Positions 12,268-23,889 of a DNA stretch of 64,000 bases are shown in pieces. This DNA comes from Acidobacteriota bacterium. GTDB lineage: Bacteria > Acidobacteriota > UBA890 > WLXD01. The notes beneath the pieces are model-generated. The model saw only the letters and a program-made list of their open reading frames with translations. It was not told the DNA's origin and searched no databases. The stretch's first letter is position 1. Each line of letters starts with the position of its first letter. The stretch lies in contig CAXWPH010000014.1 of NCBI GenBank assembly GCA_963666055.2, forward strand, positions 416,001 through 480,000, read 5' to 3'. Made by a program: the position numbers and the translations under genes.

Positions 12268-14987
12268 CTACTCAAGTCCTCGCGGAGCTCCTTGCCAAAC
12301 AGCCCCGGCCCAACGGAAGGGCTCGCTAGGGTATCGTTCTCGCAGCGCCCTTTTCGCCGTCGCGAGGCTGGCCGCCCCGATTCTGGTCCGCCAGCGGAAT
12401 AGAAGAGCTGTGCGAGCTCGCCAGCAGTGCGCTCGTCCAGTGGCCACAGGCTACCGACTACGTTGCGGCTCCCCGCGGCCATGAAAGCATCGGCGAGGCT
12501 CGTCGGAAGCCCGCCTAAGTCGCCCGCGCCGAGAATCGTCGCCCGCGCTGTGTCGCAGCCGAGGAGCACCACCGTCGCCCCATCAAGATCGAGCGCAGCG
12601 ATCTCAGCGAAACTCAGGAAGCCGTTGTGCGAGGCGGACGAGCGCAACGTTAGCCCACCCGCATCCTTTCCGGCGCTCGGCGAACGTGAATGACCGCCGA
12701 AATGGATCAGGCTGCTCTGCGGCGCATGGTCTACGAAGGCTGCCTCCGTGGCATCGGCTCCCAGGAATGCCCGACCCAAGGTGCGCACGAGAATACCTTC
12801 CACTTCGGGCAAGGCAGTTGCCCTCCCGCTCGGTATGAACGCCACGGCCAAATGTCCGCGCGGCCGGCGATGCATCGAACGATCCAGGTCAGAAATCGTA
12901 CGCGAGCGGGCGAATACGATCCCATCCCCGTAAAAGCTGTTGACTGGCGCCATGGAAGGCAACGAGTCCAAAGGGAGCGTTGCCAACCCTCCACCTGGAA
13001 GAACAATAAGAGTCTGTAGCCCATCGAGCCAACCTACAGCCTCGACTTGATGCATCGTCAATCGAGCAAGTTGCCTTCCGAGCAGTCTCCAGGCGCTGTT
13101 CGGACGGGCGGTGCTTATGCTCTCAACCCAAAGATCAGCGGCACCCTGAATCTCAGCGGCCGATGCTGCCAGCCGCATCGCATGCACTTTCGACGACCGT
13201 ACTAGCCATACCCAAGCCTCAGTACCCAAGAACCGAAACGTCACTACTGCTTCGTCTGCCTGCAGATGGGTTTGGAGATGAGCCAATCGGATCGACCGTT
13301 CGTCGCGAAGGCTACTTCGGGATCGATCAAGAGCCTCTAATCCCGCCGCCCACCTCCCGGCGTCAAGCTCAAGGCGTGCCCGACGCCGTCCGAGGCCTTC
13401 CCACGCGGACAAGGCACTCAGCCGGGTCGCAAAATCACCTACCTCTGCGATCCATTTCCCGAGTTCCACCTCTGCCCTGGCGTAGGCCTGCACCGCGAAC
13501 TCCGGTCGCCCCGCTTTCTCGGCTAACACAGCATCCGCCGTTGCCTGCGCCAAGGGGAAGGGGGCGCCGCTCGACGGAAGATTAGAGACAAGATCCGGCG
13601 AGTCGAGCTCCCACCAACCCAAGTCGGCGTCGCCGATCTCCAGTTTGGTAAGTGTGACCAGCGTGCGTGCAGAATCCGACGCACGCATCGCGCTGAAGTG
13701 CGCTTTGCGCAGATGATCGACTACCTCTGCTTGCCGAGAGGAAGCCGACGCGAGGCGGGCGCGCTCGAGCCAGATCCGTGTTTCGAGTTCCGCCGAAGAC
13801 TTGGTCTCGCCGAGTGCCGCCAGCCGCTCGCTCGCCTCCGCGGTTCTGCCAAAAGCACGCAATGCCGCGACTCTCATGAGTTCAATACGAGTCGCGGCGT
13901 CATGGCGCCCCAGCCGGTTCGCAGCCCATGCGCCGCGATCGAGTGTCTCCTCCAACGCTTGCCAGCGACCGAGAAAAAGGAGCAACGGTGCCGCGACATC
14001 AGCGAACCGCCCGATCAGAATGGGTGAGCTGTCGTGTCGTGGGATCGCGGCGAGCCGCTCGTAAATGGCAATCGCTGGCTCCAATTCGCCCCTACTCCAG
14101 AGCTCGGCAAGACGCTGCAGCCGGCAGTCGACAGCTAGCTGCGGGGCAGTTCCAACGAGCGCATCGCAGACTGTCGGGAAGCCGTCGCGATCCGCGAAGG
14201 ACTGAAATGACTGAACGAGGCTCAAGTACACTCCCCGCCGATCGCCGGCAACAATCGATCGGCGTCTCGCCTCGCGTGCGAGCGTCGACGCACGTTGCAT
14301 CGAGCCTTTCGCGGAGTCGATCGCGGCGACGACAGTTAGATAGTCGGCGAGCCCAGAGACGGACCCCGACGCCACAGCTTCGCGCAACCCCTCCCACGCC
14401 AGCTGGGCGCCGCGCTGCGGTAGCGCCGCCGATACTAGCCGGACGAACCGGTAGGAATGGGCATGCTGCTCGGGGTACCCGAGATGAATCGACTCGGGTA
14501 GAGCATCCCCGAGCTTCGCGAACGCATCAACAACGCTGGCGGGGCCGCTCCTAAGGAGTCCGGCCACCGCAGTCAACACTACGGCGTGCCGGCGCGCGCG
14601 CGCGTGCGATCCAGGACGCAGAGCAAGCATCGATACTTTATGTTCATGTCCGAGCTCCAGCGACAGTTCGGCCAGCGCTGCGCGAACGGCAATGCCGGGG
14701 TGCCGCCTGTTCATCGCCAACGCAACCTGATGCGCCTCTGCTAGCAACCCGATATCCGATGCCACCGACGCGTACCCGAGGCCTGCTCGCAGATTCCGAG
14801 GCTCCCGGATCATGGTGTGTGCGTACTTCGACAACGCTCTCCGCGACTGGCCGCGCTGTCGAGCCCGAGCCGCCTCCTCTATGGCTGCGCTTCCGGGCAA
14901 GGTCGGCAGTGCACTGCCCCACAACACCGGAAGATCGACTCGCGCGCCACCGCCGTCGGATGCTCCTGCAACGAAGAGGAGGAGCAC
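12268..14987 (-). CDS. TPR-like + CHAT (caspase HetF-associated) domain protein; frameshift near 12376
   Basis: LIHFGGHS and VVLLGCDTA dyad motifs, VVGSLWPLD; the alternative frame gives the expected CHAT end ...EPFRWAGAVWQG..* (TAG 12268), so the ORF-track extension into macA is spurious. Confidence 0.8.
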
Positions 14988-15027
14988 AGCGAGGTATAGA
15001 TTGCCGACCGTTGAGGAACTCCTCCAG

Positions 15028-15720
15028 CTACCGATAGCTCATTTCCGTTTCCCCCATTCCCGAACGGCCGACGCGCGAGTGGCCAGCCCAAGCGTCGACC
15101 GCCCAGTACACTCGCGGCGTTCCCGAACGAATCGATAGATCAATCGCGGTGGCTCGTGACGTGAGCGTTCGCTCGGCCAACAGCCGACCTTCACTGTTCC
15201 AGGCGCGCACGGTATAGCGATCTACGCCCGGTACTGCACGCCAAACCAGCCTCAAGGTCTCCGTCGCGGGCTCGAAAGTCGCGGTGGCTATCAACATCAT
15301 CGTTTGCCCACGCAGTTCGCCACCCTGAGGGAGCTGCACCGGTGTTGCCAGGAAGGCCCCGATGCCCACGCCGAGCCCCGCGAGGATCGCGGCCACGACC
15401 CGGCGAGGCCGGTTCCGGATGAAGGAGGGTTGAAGGGCTGGCGAGACTTCGGGCCGTCCGTGCGGAGGGCGGCGAGGTGGCCTGGCCACTGGTGGGCCGA
15501 CGCTGCCAAGCAGTTCGACACCTGGCTCTGCCGTCGGGTCGAAGATCTCGTCAGCACATGTCCTGAGCAGCGTCGCAACGGCATCGAGTTCGCCGGCAGT
15601 TCGAATGCAGTTTGGACACTGACTCAGGTGGCGCAGACCAACGGGATCGGAGGAGAGAACCCATTCGGCCAACATCTGGGGCTCTGGGCACGCCGGGGTC
15701 CGCGATGCGGTCGAGCTCAT
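15028..15720 (-). CDS. Putative zinc-finger anti-sigma factor with TM and small extracytoplasmic domain
   Basis: CPEPQMLAEW...HLSQCPNC (HxxxCxxC), hydrophobic TM; ATGA overlap with the sigma gene. Confidence 0.7.
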   Translation of the reverse strand: MSSTASRTPACPEPQMLAEWVLSSDPVGLRHLSQCPNCIRTAGELDAVATLLRTCADEIFDPTAEPGVELLGSVGPPVARPPRRPPHGRPEVSPALQPSFIRNRPRRVVAAILAGLGVGIGAFLATPVQLPQGGELRGQTMMLIATATFEPATETLRLVWRAVPGVDRYTVRAWNSEGRLLAERTLTSRATAIDLSIRSGTPRVYWAVDAWAGHSRVGRSGMGETEMSYR

Positions 15721-16832
15721 CTGAGCGCCTCCATCAGTGCCGGCCGGGTGCCAAAATCGCCAAGTCGGAGGCCCGCAGCGAGCAGGTCTTCGCGAAGTGC
15801 AGCCAAGCCCCTCGCCTGAAGCTCATACACCTGCTTGTAGTTCCCTATCTCGAGAAATACGGCGATCTTTCGCGCCGACATGCCGTGGCGGAATCGTAGA
15901 CTCACAGCGGTCCGCTCGGCGTTCGACAGCCTCCCTATGGCTTCGCGGAGCACAACCACGGCACGCTCCTGGGTCACCAGCTCCTCCGGGGCGACCGTGG
16001 AGACGGCCAGTTCGCGAACTCTCTTGGGTTCTCCGTCCCGCGGCTCCGCGTCCAGCGACACCATGCTGCCGCGTCCCGGGCCAGCGAGGGTCAACCGCCA
16101 GTGATGATCACGGCTGAGCGTCTCGCGGATGACCGCTAGACTCTCCTCTACGTCCGTTTCCGTGCACTCCATCCCGTGATTGGTCCGCAACATCTGCGCA
16201 ACCTCATGGGCCGAGTACCCCTCCCAGTAGTAGTAGCGAAACACCATACGACGTACCTGCGGCAAGGCCTGGACACCTAGGTACATGCGTCGTCGACCAC
16301 GCGAAGTCCGAATCCACTCGCGACCGAGATTGAACGTCACGGCAGCCAACCAGGTCGTGAACTTGCAAGCGCCGCTAGGACCGCTTCCCCTGAACTGCTT
16401 CACTCGCCTGCAATCCTCGGCCCTTAGCCGTTCGCAGATATGAGCGTAGATCTCCATTCGCTCGTCGTATTGCCGTGTCAAACGCCGGATACAAGCGAAC
16501 AAGAACGGTGAAAACTCTTCGATGAATGGTTTCCATGCCGCCGCGCCGTGACGGAAAACCTCCGCAACCGCATCAGGCAAGGCGGCCGGTCGATACATGT
16601 CTCCCGACGATTCCGCTCTCGCATCGCCGACAGGGTCGCTCGCATTTGCCCGCTTCGGACTGGCGCGCGACACGCCCCGGCACGGTGCAGTGGGATCTGG
16701 ATCTTCAGTCAGAGGTTCAGTCGGCACCGGGTAACTCGCCTTCGCCTGGGGTGCATCACGCCCGTCGTGACCCTCATCAGAGATGGACGGCCATCGAGCC
16801 AATGGTTCTCCGTAGAAAGCAGCTAGCGCCAC
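15717..16832 (-). CDS. ECF-type RNA polymerase sigma-70 factor (start may be downstream, ~16598)
   Basis: AWKPFIEEFSPFL, KFTTWLAAVTFNL (region 2), LSNAERTAVSLRFRHGMSARKIA (region 4). Confidence 0.8.
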   Translation of the reverse strand: MALAAFYGEPLARWPSISDEGHDGRDAPQAKASYPVPTEPLTEDPDPTAPCRGVSRASPKRANASDPVGDARAESSGDMYRPAALPDAVAEVFRHGAAAWKPFIEEFSPFLFACIRRLTRQYDERMEIYAHICERLRAEDCRRVKQFRGSGPSGACKFTTWLAAVTFNLGREWIRTSRGRRRMYLGVQALPQVRRMVFRYYYWEGYSAHEVAQMLRTNHGMECTETDVEESLAVIRETLSRDHHWRLTLAGPGRGSMVSLDAEPRDGEPKRVRELAVSTVAPEELVTQERAVVVLREAIGRLSNAERTAVSLRFRHGMSARKIAVFLEIGNYKQVYELQARGLAALREDLLAAGLRLGDFGTRPALMEALR

Positions 16833-16967
16833 GGATTCCGACCGATTCGGCCACTATTACATGCAACCCTTCGAGGCACCGGCGCCACTTACAACCGAAT
16901 CGTCGGGTAGCCGCGCCTGCGGAGCGCCGCGCCCGACCCATGAGACTCTCCCTGCAAGGTGGCGACG

Positions 16968-17498
16968 ATGCGACTCGCTAGATTGACGCGGCTCCCGCAC
17001 ATCGGCCTGATCCTCGGACTCTTGACAGCCCCCGCGTTGGCACCAGCTGCAGAGCCCGACGCCGCGAGCCGGCTCTTCGAACGCTTCAAAGCGCTCGAAG
17101 GTAGCTGGCAGGCCGAAAGCACCGCCGGCTGGAACGAGGTGAGCACCTTCGAGATCATCGCGCGCGGCTCAGTGGTGATGGCCTCCGTGTCGTTCCGCGA
17201 TGCTCCCGACCGCAAGATGGTGACGATGTACTACCTCGACGGCACGGAGCTGGTCGCGGTGCATTACTGCGAGGCTCGCAACCAGCCGGCGCTGCGGGCC
17301 ACCGAGCTCGATGCCGAGGCCGGCACGGTTACCTTCACGTTTGCCGGTGGTGGCAACATTCCGACGCGCGATTACGGGCACATGGACAGCGCGGTCTACC
17401 GCTTCATCGACGAGGACAGCTTCACATCGCGCTGGACTTGGTTTCAGGACGGCGAGGAACAGTGGCTCGAAGATGTCGAGTATCGGCGCATCGACTAA
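16968..17498 (+). CDS. Secreted hypothetical protein
   Basis: Signal-peptide-like LILGLLTAPALAPA; conserved-looking MVTMYYLDG..HYC..NQP. Confidence 0.7.
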   Translation: MRLARLTRLPHIGLILGLLTAPALAPAAEPDAASRLFERFKALEGSWQAESTAGWNEVSTFEIIARGSVVMASVSFRDAPDRKMVTMYYLDGTELVAVHYCEARNQPALRATELDAEAGTVTFTFAGGGNIPTRDYGHMDSAVYRFIDEDSFTSRWTWFQDGEEQWLEDVEYRRID

Positions 17499-17514
17499 AC
17501 GCGACCCGCGACGA

Positions 17515-18045
17515 GTGAGCAACGACGAGGCGCCCGACCGCTTGCTCGTGGAAGCCTATCTGCGCGGTCGCTCGGAGCGGGCCTTCAGGCAACTGTACCG
17601 GCGGCACACGAGCTCGCTGTATCGGTTCGCGGTGCTGCGAGTGGGTGCCGACAGCGCCGAGGATGTGGTGCAGGAAACCTGGATTCGGGCGGCGCGCCAG
17701 CTCCACCGGTTCCAGTGGCAGGCCTCGTTGCGTAGCTGGCTCACCGGCATCGCGCTCAACTGCTGCCGCGAGGTCTGGCGGAAACAGCAGCGTTCACCTC
17801 CGCCAGCGGCCGCGAGCCAAGCTCTGGCACGCGGCGAGAGTCTGCGTCTCGATCTGGCGCGTGCGGTGGAGGAGCTGCCGGAGCGCGCTCGCGAGGTGCT
17901 GCTACTGCACGACGTTCAAGGCTTCACGCACCTGGAGATCGGCGCCACTCTCGGCATCGAGGCGGGCACCTCCAAGAGCCAGTTGTTGCGGGCGCTCCTC
18001 GACAGCAGCCCCCTTGACCAGAAAGGAACACCCCGACATGGATGA
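17515..18045 (+). CDS. ECF sigma factor
   Basis: AFRQLYRRH, AEDVVQETW, SLRSWLTGIALN, LHDVQGFTHLEIG..LGIEAGTSKSQL. Confidence 0.88.
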   Translation: MSNDEAPDRLLVEAYLRGRSERAFRQLYRRHTSSLYRFAVLRVGADSAEDVVQETWIRAARQLHRFQWQASLRSWLTGIALNCCREVWRKQQRSPPPAAASQALARGESLRLDLARAVEELPERAREVLLLHDVQGFTHLEIGATLGIEAGTSKSQLLRALLDSSPLDQKGTPRHG

Positions 18046-18604
18046 TCAGCTGAGTGGAGAGGAGCGTGAGCAGCTCGCGGCAATCGGCAAGCACTTGCAC
18101 CCTCCGGCCGGGTTGGAAGACCGAGTGGCGGCGTCGCTGCGCCAGCACAAGCTGATTGCGGCGCCACCGGGATGGTCGCCACTTTGGCGCCTGACCGCGG
18201 CGGCAGCAGCGGCGACCGTGGCATTCGCGGCGTTCGCCCTCGGGGTGCGATACGAACGCTCCGGCCCGGCGCCGGCGCCCGAAGGCCGCCGCTTCCTGCT
18301 CATGCTGCTGGAGCCGGCCGACGCGCCGTTGCCCGCCGCCGAGGAGGCAGCGCGGGTTGTCGAGTATCGCAACTGGGCCGGCGAGCTGGCACAAGACGGC
18401 ATGCTGGATGCCGGCGAGAAGCTCGCCTGGGACGGCAATGTGGTGGGTGGCACCGAAATCCCGGTGGCGGCCGCTGTCGAGCGCGTCACCGGCTTCTTCA
18501 TCGTCCGCGCCGAGTCACTGGATGAAGCCCTGGGGCTGGCGCGCGCATGCCCCCATGCGGTGCACGGCGGCCGCGTGGAGGTGCGCGAGATCGAGCCCAC
18601 CTGA
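18038..18604 (+). CDS. Anti-sigma-like membrane protein with C-terminal YCII-related domain
   Basis: TM helix, then FLLML...W...GEKL...VTGFFIVRAESLDEALGLARACPH...GGRVEVREI (YCII signature); overlaps the sigma stop. Confidence 0.8.
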   Translation: MDDQLSGEEREQLAAIGKHLHPPAGLEDRVAASLRQHKLIAAPPGWSPLWRLTAAAAAATVAFAAFALGVRYERSGPAPAPEGRRFLLMLLEPADAPLPAAEEAARVVEYRNWAGELAQDGMLDAGEKLAWDGNVVGGTEIPVAAAVERVTGFFIVRAESLDEALGLARACPHAVHGGRVEVREIEPT

Positions 18605-18831
18605 GCCGCCAGGTGGCCGATAGATGCCCCGCTCCTCCGGGGTCGGATCAGCGGCGCTGCAGGGTGCTCGTGCGAGAATGTCGAAGCCGTTCGCCGGTTC
18701 TCCGCGACAGAGAGCGCACTCCAGATCGGAATCTTGCGTCCAGGCTCGTCTATTAGGGCGAGTGGATCCAAACCGGCGGCGACACGTCCCGGTCGGGACC
18801 CCTGCGGACCAACCTCGGGGAGATCAGCGCC

Positions 18832-21060
18832 ATGCCAAGAGCTCATACAGAGGAGCCATTCGAGCGCAGCTGCGATGCGCTCGTAGTTCAGGTCGGTCGG
18901 GCGGAGCCGGACGACGCCAGCGCCCTGCGACTTGCCCGCCAGGTGGTTCGCCAAACGCTGCGCGGCAAGTGGCGCGTCCAGCCGCTCGGTGCGGGCTCGC
19001 GGGACTTCGAGGTGCGCCGCGCTCGCGCCGACAAGAGCATCCGTATCTCGACCGCCTGGAACCTGACCAGCAAGCTCAACGCGCACCGCGACGTCATCGC
19101 GGCGGAGCCGGCATTCGTGCTGCCGGGTCACGCGCCGGACGAGGCGCAGGTAGGGAAACTCTTCACGCAGGCCGAGCAGCTGGCAGCGAAGAGCAGCGGC
19201 GACAATGCTGACCTGCCCTGCGCCAAGGTAGACAACTGGGCCATCAAGTTGGTCTCCGCCGACGACGCCTGGAACCTGGTGCCGACCGACCCCAGCGGCC
19301 GCGCCATGGGCAAGGGCGTCATCGTCGGTCACCCGGATACCGGCTACACGCAGCACCCGGAGATCCTACCGATCAAGGCGCAGGGTGGGCGGCTTCGCGT
19401 TGCCGATGGCTACGATTTCGAAGACGGCAAGAAGGACCCACGCGACCCTCTCGAAGACGGCGTGCTGGAAAACCCGTCGCACGGCACCAGCACCTCGAGC
19501 GTGATCATGAGCGGTATCGGTGCGCCGGTGGCGAACGCCATGGCAGGCCCGGCAGCCGTAACCGGGGTGGCGCCGCTCGTCGAGCTCGTCCCGATTCGGG
19601 TGACTACGAGCGTCGTTCTGCTGTCGTTTAGAAACCTTGCCAAGGGCATCCTCCACGCCACGGCGAAAGGTGCCCACGTGATCTCGATCAGCTTGGGCGG
19701 GCCGCTCCGGTCCGGCTTTCTCGAGCGCGCCATCGAGCACGCCGTCGACAGCGGCGTCGTCGTTCTGTCCGCCGCGGGCAACGTATGGCCCTGGGTCGTC
19801 TACCCGGCGCGGTTGGATCGAGTGATCGGTGTCGGCGCCTGCAATTGCGAACGGGAACGCTGGTCGAAGTCGGCGCGCGGCTCGAAGGTGGATGTCTCCG
19901 CCCCGGGCGCGGCGGTGTGGCGGGCGAAGACCGAGAAGGCCCACTCGGGTAGCCCGTTCGACGTGAAACCCAGCTCGGGAACGTCATACGCGGTCGCAGT
20001 GGTGGCGGGCATCTGCGCTCTATGGCAGGCGCACCATGGCCGCAAGCGGCTGGTCGACAAGTACGGCCTCCCCCGCTTGGCGGCCGTGTTCAAGGAGATT
20101 CTCATCAATCATGGGGTCGATACGCCGCCGGGCTGGAACACGACCAAGGACGGCGCTGGGATCGTCAACGCCGTGAAGGTGTTGAGCGCCACGCTACCGA
20201 ATAGGGCGCCGGCAGGCGGGATGAAGACATTGGCGGGCGGCGGCGCACCGCCGCTCAGCGGCCGGCTCGAGCCCTTCGTGCCGCACTTTCCGGACGTCGA
20301 TCGTGCCGGGCTACGCGCGGCGCTGATCGACTTCTTGTCGACCGACGAGACCAGCCTCGGCGCAGTGCTCGCCAGGCACGGACACGAGCTGCTGTTCCAT
20401 GTGACCACCAATCCCTCGGTGCGTGAAGCGCTCGGCGCGAAGGCGACCAACAAGATGCCGAAGCGCAAGACGCCCAAGAGCGTCCTGGCGGCGGACAAGT
20501 CGTTCACCGACTGTCTATCGCGCGGGCTGCGCAAGCAGATCGGATCGAAGACTTCACCGGGGCCGAGCCCGGCAGCCCCCAACGGCACGGCGCAGCCATC
20601 AGGCGGTGGCACAGGGGGAAGCCCGCCTGCATCGCCAGGCTCGATGAAGCTGATCGTGACCAACAGGAAGGCGATGCGCAGCAAGCACGGCAACGCCGGC
20701 TGGAAGAGCATCGCCGGGGCAATCCAGGCGATGGTCGCGGCCGACCGCGCACGAGGCATTGCCACCCGCTTGGTGGCGCTCGACAGCGTTACGCGTGCCG
20801 CGGTCGAGGGGATGTCGGTGCGCGACGAGATTGCCTCGCGCGGTGGGCGCTCGCTGTCGGTAGCGGCGGTATACGGAGCGCTCGACCGCTTGGCGCGTGG
20901 CGGGCTCGTGCAGTCGCGCCTGTCGGAGCCGACCCCCGAGCGGGGCGGGCGATCCAAGAAGCACTTTCGCATTCGGGCGGCCGGGGTTCGGGCGCTGCGC
21001 AAGGAGCGACAGCTCATGGAGCGCATGTGGAAGGACGTCAAGCTGACGGCCCAGCCATGA
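18832..21060 (+). CDS. S8 (subtilisin-family) serine peptidase fused in frame to an N-terminally truncated PadR domain
   Basis: Triad GHPDTG / SHGT / SGTSYA; C-terminus [28 protein letters not shown]...[13 protein letters not shown] is acidobacterial PadR-like. Confidence 0.85.
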   Translation: MPRAHTEEPFERSCDALVVQVGRAEPDDASALRLARQVVRQTLRGKWRVQPLGAGSRDFEVRRARADKSIRISTAWNLTSKLNAHRDVIAAEPAFVLPGHAPDEAQVGKLFTQAEQLAAKSSGDNADLPCAKVDNWAIKLVSADDAWNLVPTDPSGRAMGKGVIVGHPDTGYTQHPEILPIKAQGGRLRVADGYDFEDGKKDPRDPLEDGVLENPSHGTSTSSVIMSGIGAPVANAMAGPAAVTGVAPLVELVPIRVTTSVVLLSFRNLAKGILHATAKGAHVISISLGGPLRSGFLERAIEHAVDSGVVVLSAAGNVWPWVVYPARLDRVIGVGACNCERERWSKSARGSKVDVSAPGAAVWRAKTEKAHSGSPFDVKPSSGTSYAVAVVAGICALWQAHHGRKRLVDKYGLPRLAAVFKEILINHGVDTPPGWNTTKDGAGIVNAVKVLSATLPNRAPAGGMKTLAGGGAPPLSGRLEPFVPHFPDVDRAGLRAALIDFLSTDETSLGAVLARHGHELLFHVTTNPSVREALGAKATNKMPKRKTPKSVLAADKSFTDCLSRGLRKQIGSKTSPGPSPAAPNGTAQPSGGGTGGSPPASPGSMKLIVTNRKAMRSKHGNAGWKSIAGAIQAMVAADRARGIATRLVALDSVTRAAVEGMSVRDEIASRGGRSLSVAAVYGALDRLARGGLVQSRLSEPTPERGGRSKKHFRIRAAGVRALRKERQLMERMWKDVKLTAQP

Positions 21061-23809
21061 AGCAGCGCCGTTCGACCCCGCCTCCGCCATCCGGTCGCAG
21101 CGGGCTGGGACTACGCCCGGAGCCGGGGTCGGGGCCGCGCCCGCCGCGGCTCGCCAGCCTGATTCTGTCGCTCGCCCTGCACCCGGACGATCGCGACTTC
21201 ATTCTCGGCGACCTCGAGGAGGCGTTCCGGCGCCGCGCCCGAGTCGGGCGAGCCGCCGCAATCCTCTGGTACTGGGCGCGGCTGCCCGCGAACACGGCAT
21301 CGAGCTTGCGCCGGCGTGCCGTGGGCAGGGCTAACCCTTCGGGGCGAGGACATTCCGAACAGCGGAGAGAGAGACAGTCGATGACCGACGTGCTCATGCA
21401 GGACTTCATTATTTCCGCCCGCGCGCTGCGGCACCGTCCGGGCTTTGCGCTGGCGGCGGTTCTGACGCTGGCCCTCGGCATTGGTGCGAGCACGGCGATC
21501 TTCTCGGTGGTGCGGGGAGTGCTGCTGAAGCCCCTGCCCTATCCGCAGGCCGAGCGTATCGGAGTCCTGTGGCACGAGTTCGGTAGCGCGCCCAGAATCT
21601 GCCGCTCGTGCACTCCCTGGACTTGCGCGACTATCGGGATCGCACCGAGCTTTTCGAGACGTTCACCATGGCCAGCGGGTTCGAGGCGATTCTGGATGAA
21701 GACGACAACCCTGAGATCGTCGACGTGGCCAACGCGGAGGCTGGCTTCTTCGAGTTCTTCGGAGCATCGCCGATCCATGGTCGAACGTTCTCACGAGAAG
21801 ATGACTCGCCCGGCGCCGCACGTGTGGCGGCCCTCAGCCACCGACTCTGGGTGCGCCGCTTCGGGTCCGATCCCGCCGTCATCGGCGATGTGATCGCGGT
21901 GAACGGGACGGCCATGGAGGTCGTGGGGGTCCTACCGGCGACGTTCCGGTTGATTCTGCCACCCGAGGCACTCTTCCTGCGGGATCCCGACGTGTGGACC
22001 ACGGCGCGTATCGACGCCGCCAACGAGCCAGCCCGCAACGTCACCTTCTACACTGGCTTCGGTCGACTCAAAGCGGGCGTGACCTTCGAGCAGGCGCAGC
22101 AGGAGCTCGACGTCGTCGAAGCCCAGCTGAAGGCCGAGCATCCGGTGCACGCCAGCGCCAACCTGCAAGCTCGCATCGTTCCCCTGCTGGAGGATGTGGT
22201 CAAGAACGCCGAAGCGACACTGTTTCTACTGTTGAGCGCGGTGGGGTTCGTGCTGGTGATCGCATGTGCCAACGTGGCGAACCTGCTGATCGTACGAGGC
22301 CATGCTCGACGGCAGGAGTACTCGCTCAGGACCGCCCTCGGTGCCAGGAAAGGCAGCCTCGTGCGGCTGGCCCTCGTCGAGAGCGCGATACTGGCCGGGG
22401 CCGGAGCCGCACTGGGCGGACTGCTGGCCTGGGGGTGCGTGGCGGCCTTGAAAGTGGTGGGCTCGGCCAGCGTGCCGCGGCTCGAGTCGGTGCAGATGGA
22501 CGGCATGGTGCTGCTGTTTGCGGTCGGCGTAACGGTGGGAAGCGCCACGCTGTTCGGCCTTGTTCCGGCGCTCAGGACAACGGCGAGCGATCCGGCAATG
22601 GGGTTCGCCCGCTCCACTGCTGGACGGCGCGACCGACGCTTTCGAGACATGCTGATCGTCGGGGAGATCGCCGCAAGCCTGATGCTGCTCATCGGCACCG
22701 GCTTGATGGTCAGGTCGTTCGCCGAGCTGATGTCGGTGGAGCCCGGCTACTCCACCAAGGGCGCTCTGACCTTTCGCGTGTCACTCCCCGCCGAACGGTT
22801 TGCCGACAGCGAATCGCGTCGTGCCTTCGTCGACGAGCTGTCCACCGGCCTTTGGCGCCTTCCGGGGGTGACCGGGGTGAGCGCTATCGACCAGCTGCCG
22901 CTGACCGGCTCGGGGCCAATGCAGCCTTTCGCCTACGACGAGGAGACCGCCTCCAACTGGGAGAGCGTCAGTGCCGATGCGCGCTCCGTCGTGCCCGGAT
23001 TCTTCGAGGTCGTCGGCGCCGAAGTCGTTTCAGGCCGCCTCTTCGACAGCACCGACCTCGGCGGATCCGCCGTGGTGATCATCGACGATCAGCTTGCCGA
23101 GCGGGCTTTCCCCGGCCAGGAAGCGGTTGGTCAGGCCCTCCAGGTCGGGCCGAATGCGGCGCCAGAGGAGCAGCGCTACACCCAGGTGGTCGGGGTGGTG
23201 TCGCATCTGCGCCTCCACGATCTGAGTCGGCCGCATAATATGCAGATCTACTGGCCGATGAACGGCTCTCGCCGCTTCAGCGTCATCGTCCGTACCTCGG
23301 GTGATCCGAACGCGCTGGTCTCTGGAGTGCGGGCCGAAATGAGCCGACTCGCCCCCGGGGCTCCGGTCGAGGACATCCGCGCCATCGAAGAGCTGGTAGG
23401 TGACGCGCTCGCGCCTGCCCGACTGGCCCTGGGAGTCATGACCGCGTTCGGCATGGTGGCGATGCTGCTGGCGGCGGTAGGCATCTACGGCGTGCTGTCG
23501 TACGCCGTTGCGCAGCGCACCCGCGAGATCGGCATTCGCATGGCGCTGGGACAGAAGCCCGCCGCCGTTCGTTGGGTCGTGCTAACGGAGGGAGGGCGCC
23601 TGATCGCAGTAGCGGTGGCACTGGGCCTGGCTGGCGCGGTTGCGATGAGCAGGTTGGTTGGCACCCTGCTGTACGAAGTGACGCCGGTCGACCCGCTCAC
23701 CTACCTCACCATGACCGCAGTGCTGGTGTTGACCGCCGGACTGGCCTGCTGGGTGCCAGCGGGTCGGGCTACGCGCGTTGATCCGCTCATCGCCCTACGG
23801 GGCGACTGA
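21057..23809 (+). CDS. ADOP-type duplicated ABC permease; frameshift near 21590
   Basis: GDLEE prefix, [17 protein letters not shown] in ORF 21027..21893; [10 protein letters not shown] and [13 protein letters not shown] in ORF 21608..23809. Confidence 0.88.
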
Positions 23810-23889
23810 GGGCAGATCCCCGCTCGAGGTTTGCTGCCTTCGACCGGCGACCCTGAGTTCCTTGCTGCGGGCAAACGAGACGCCGCCCC

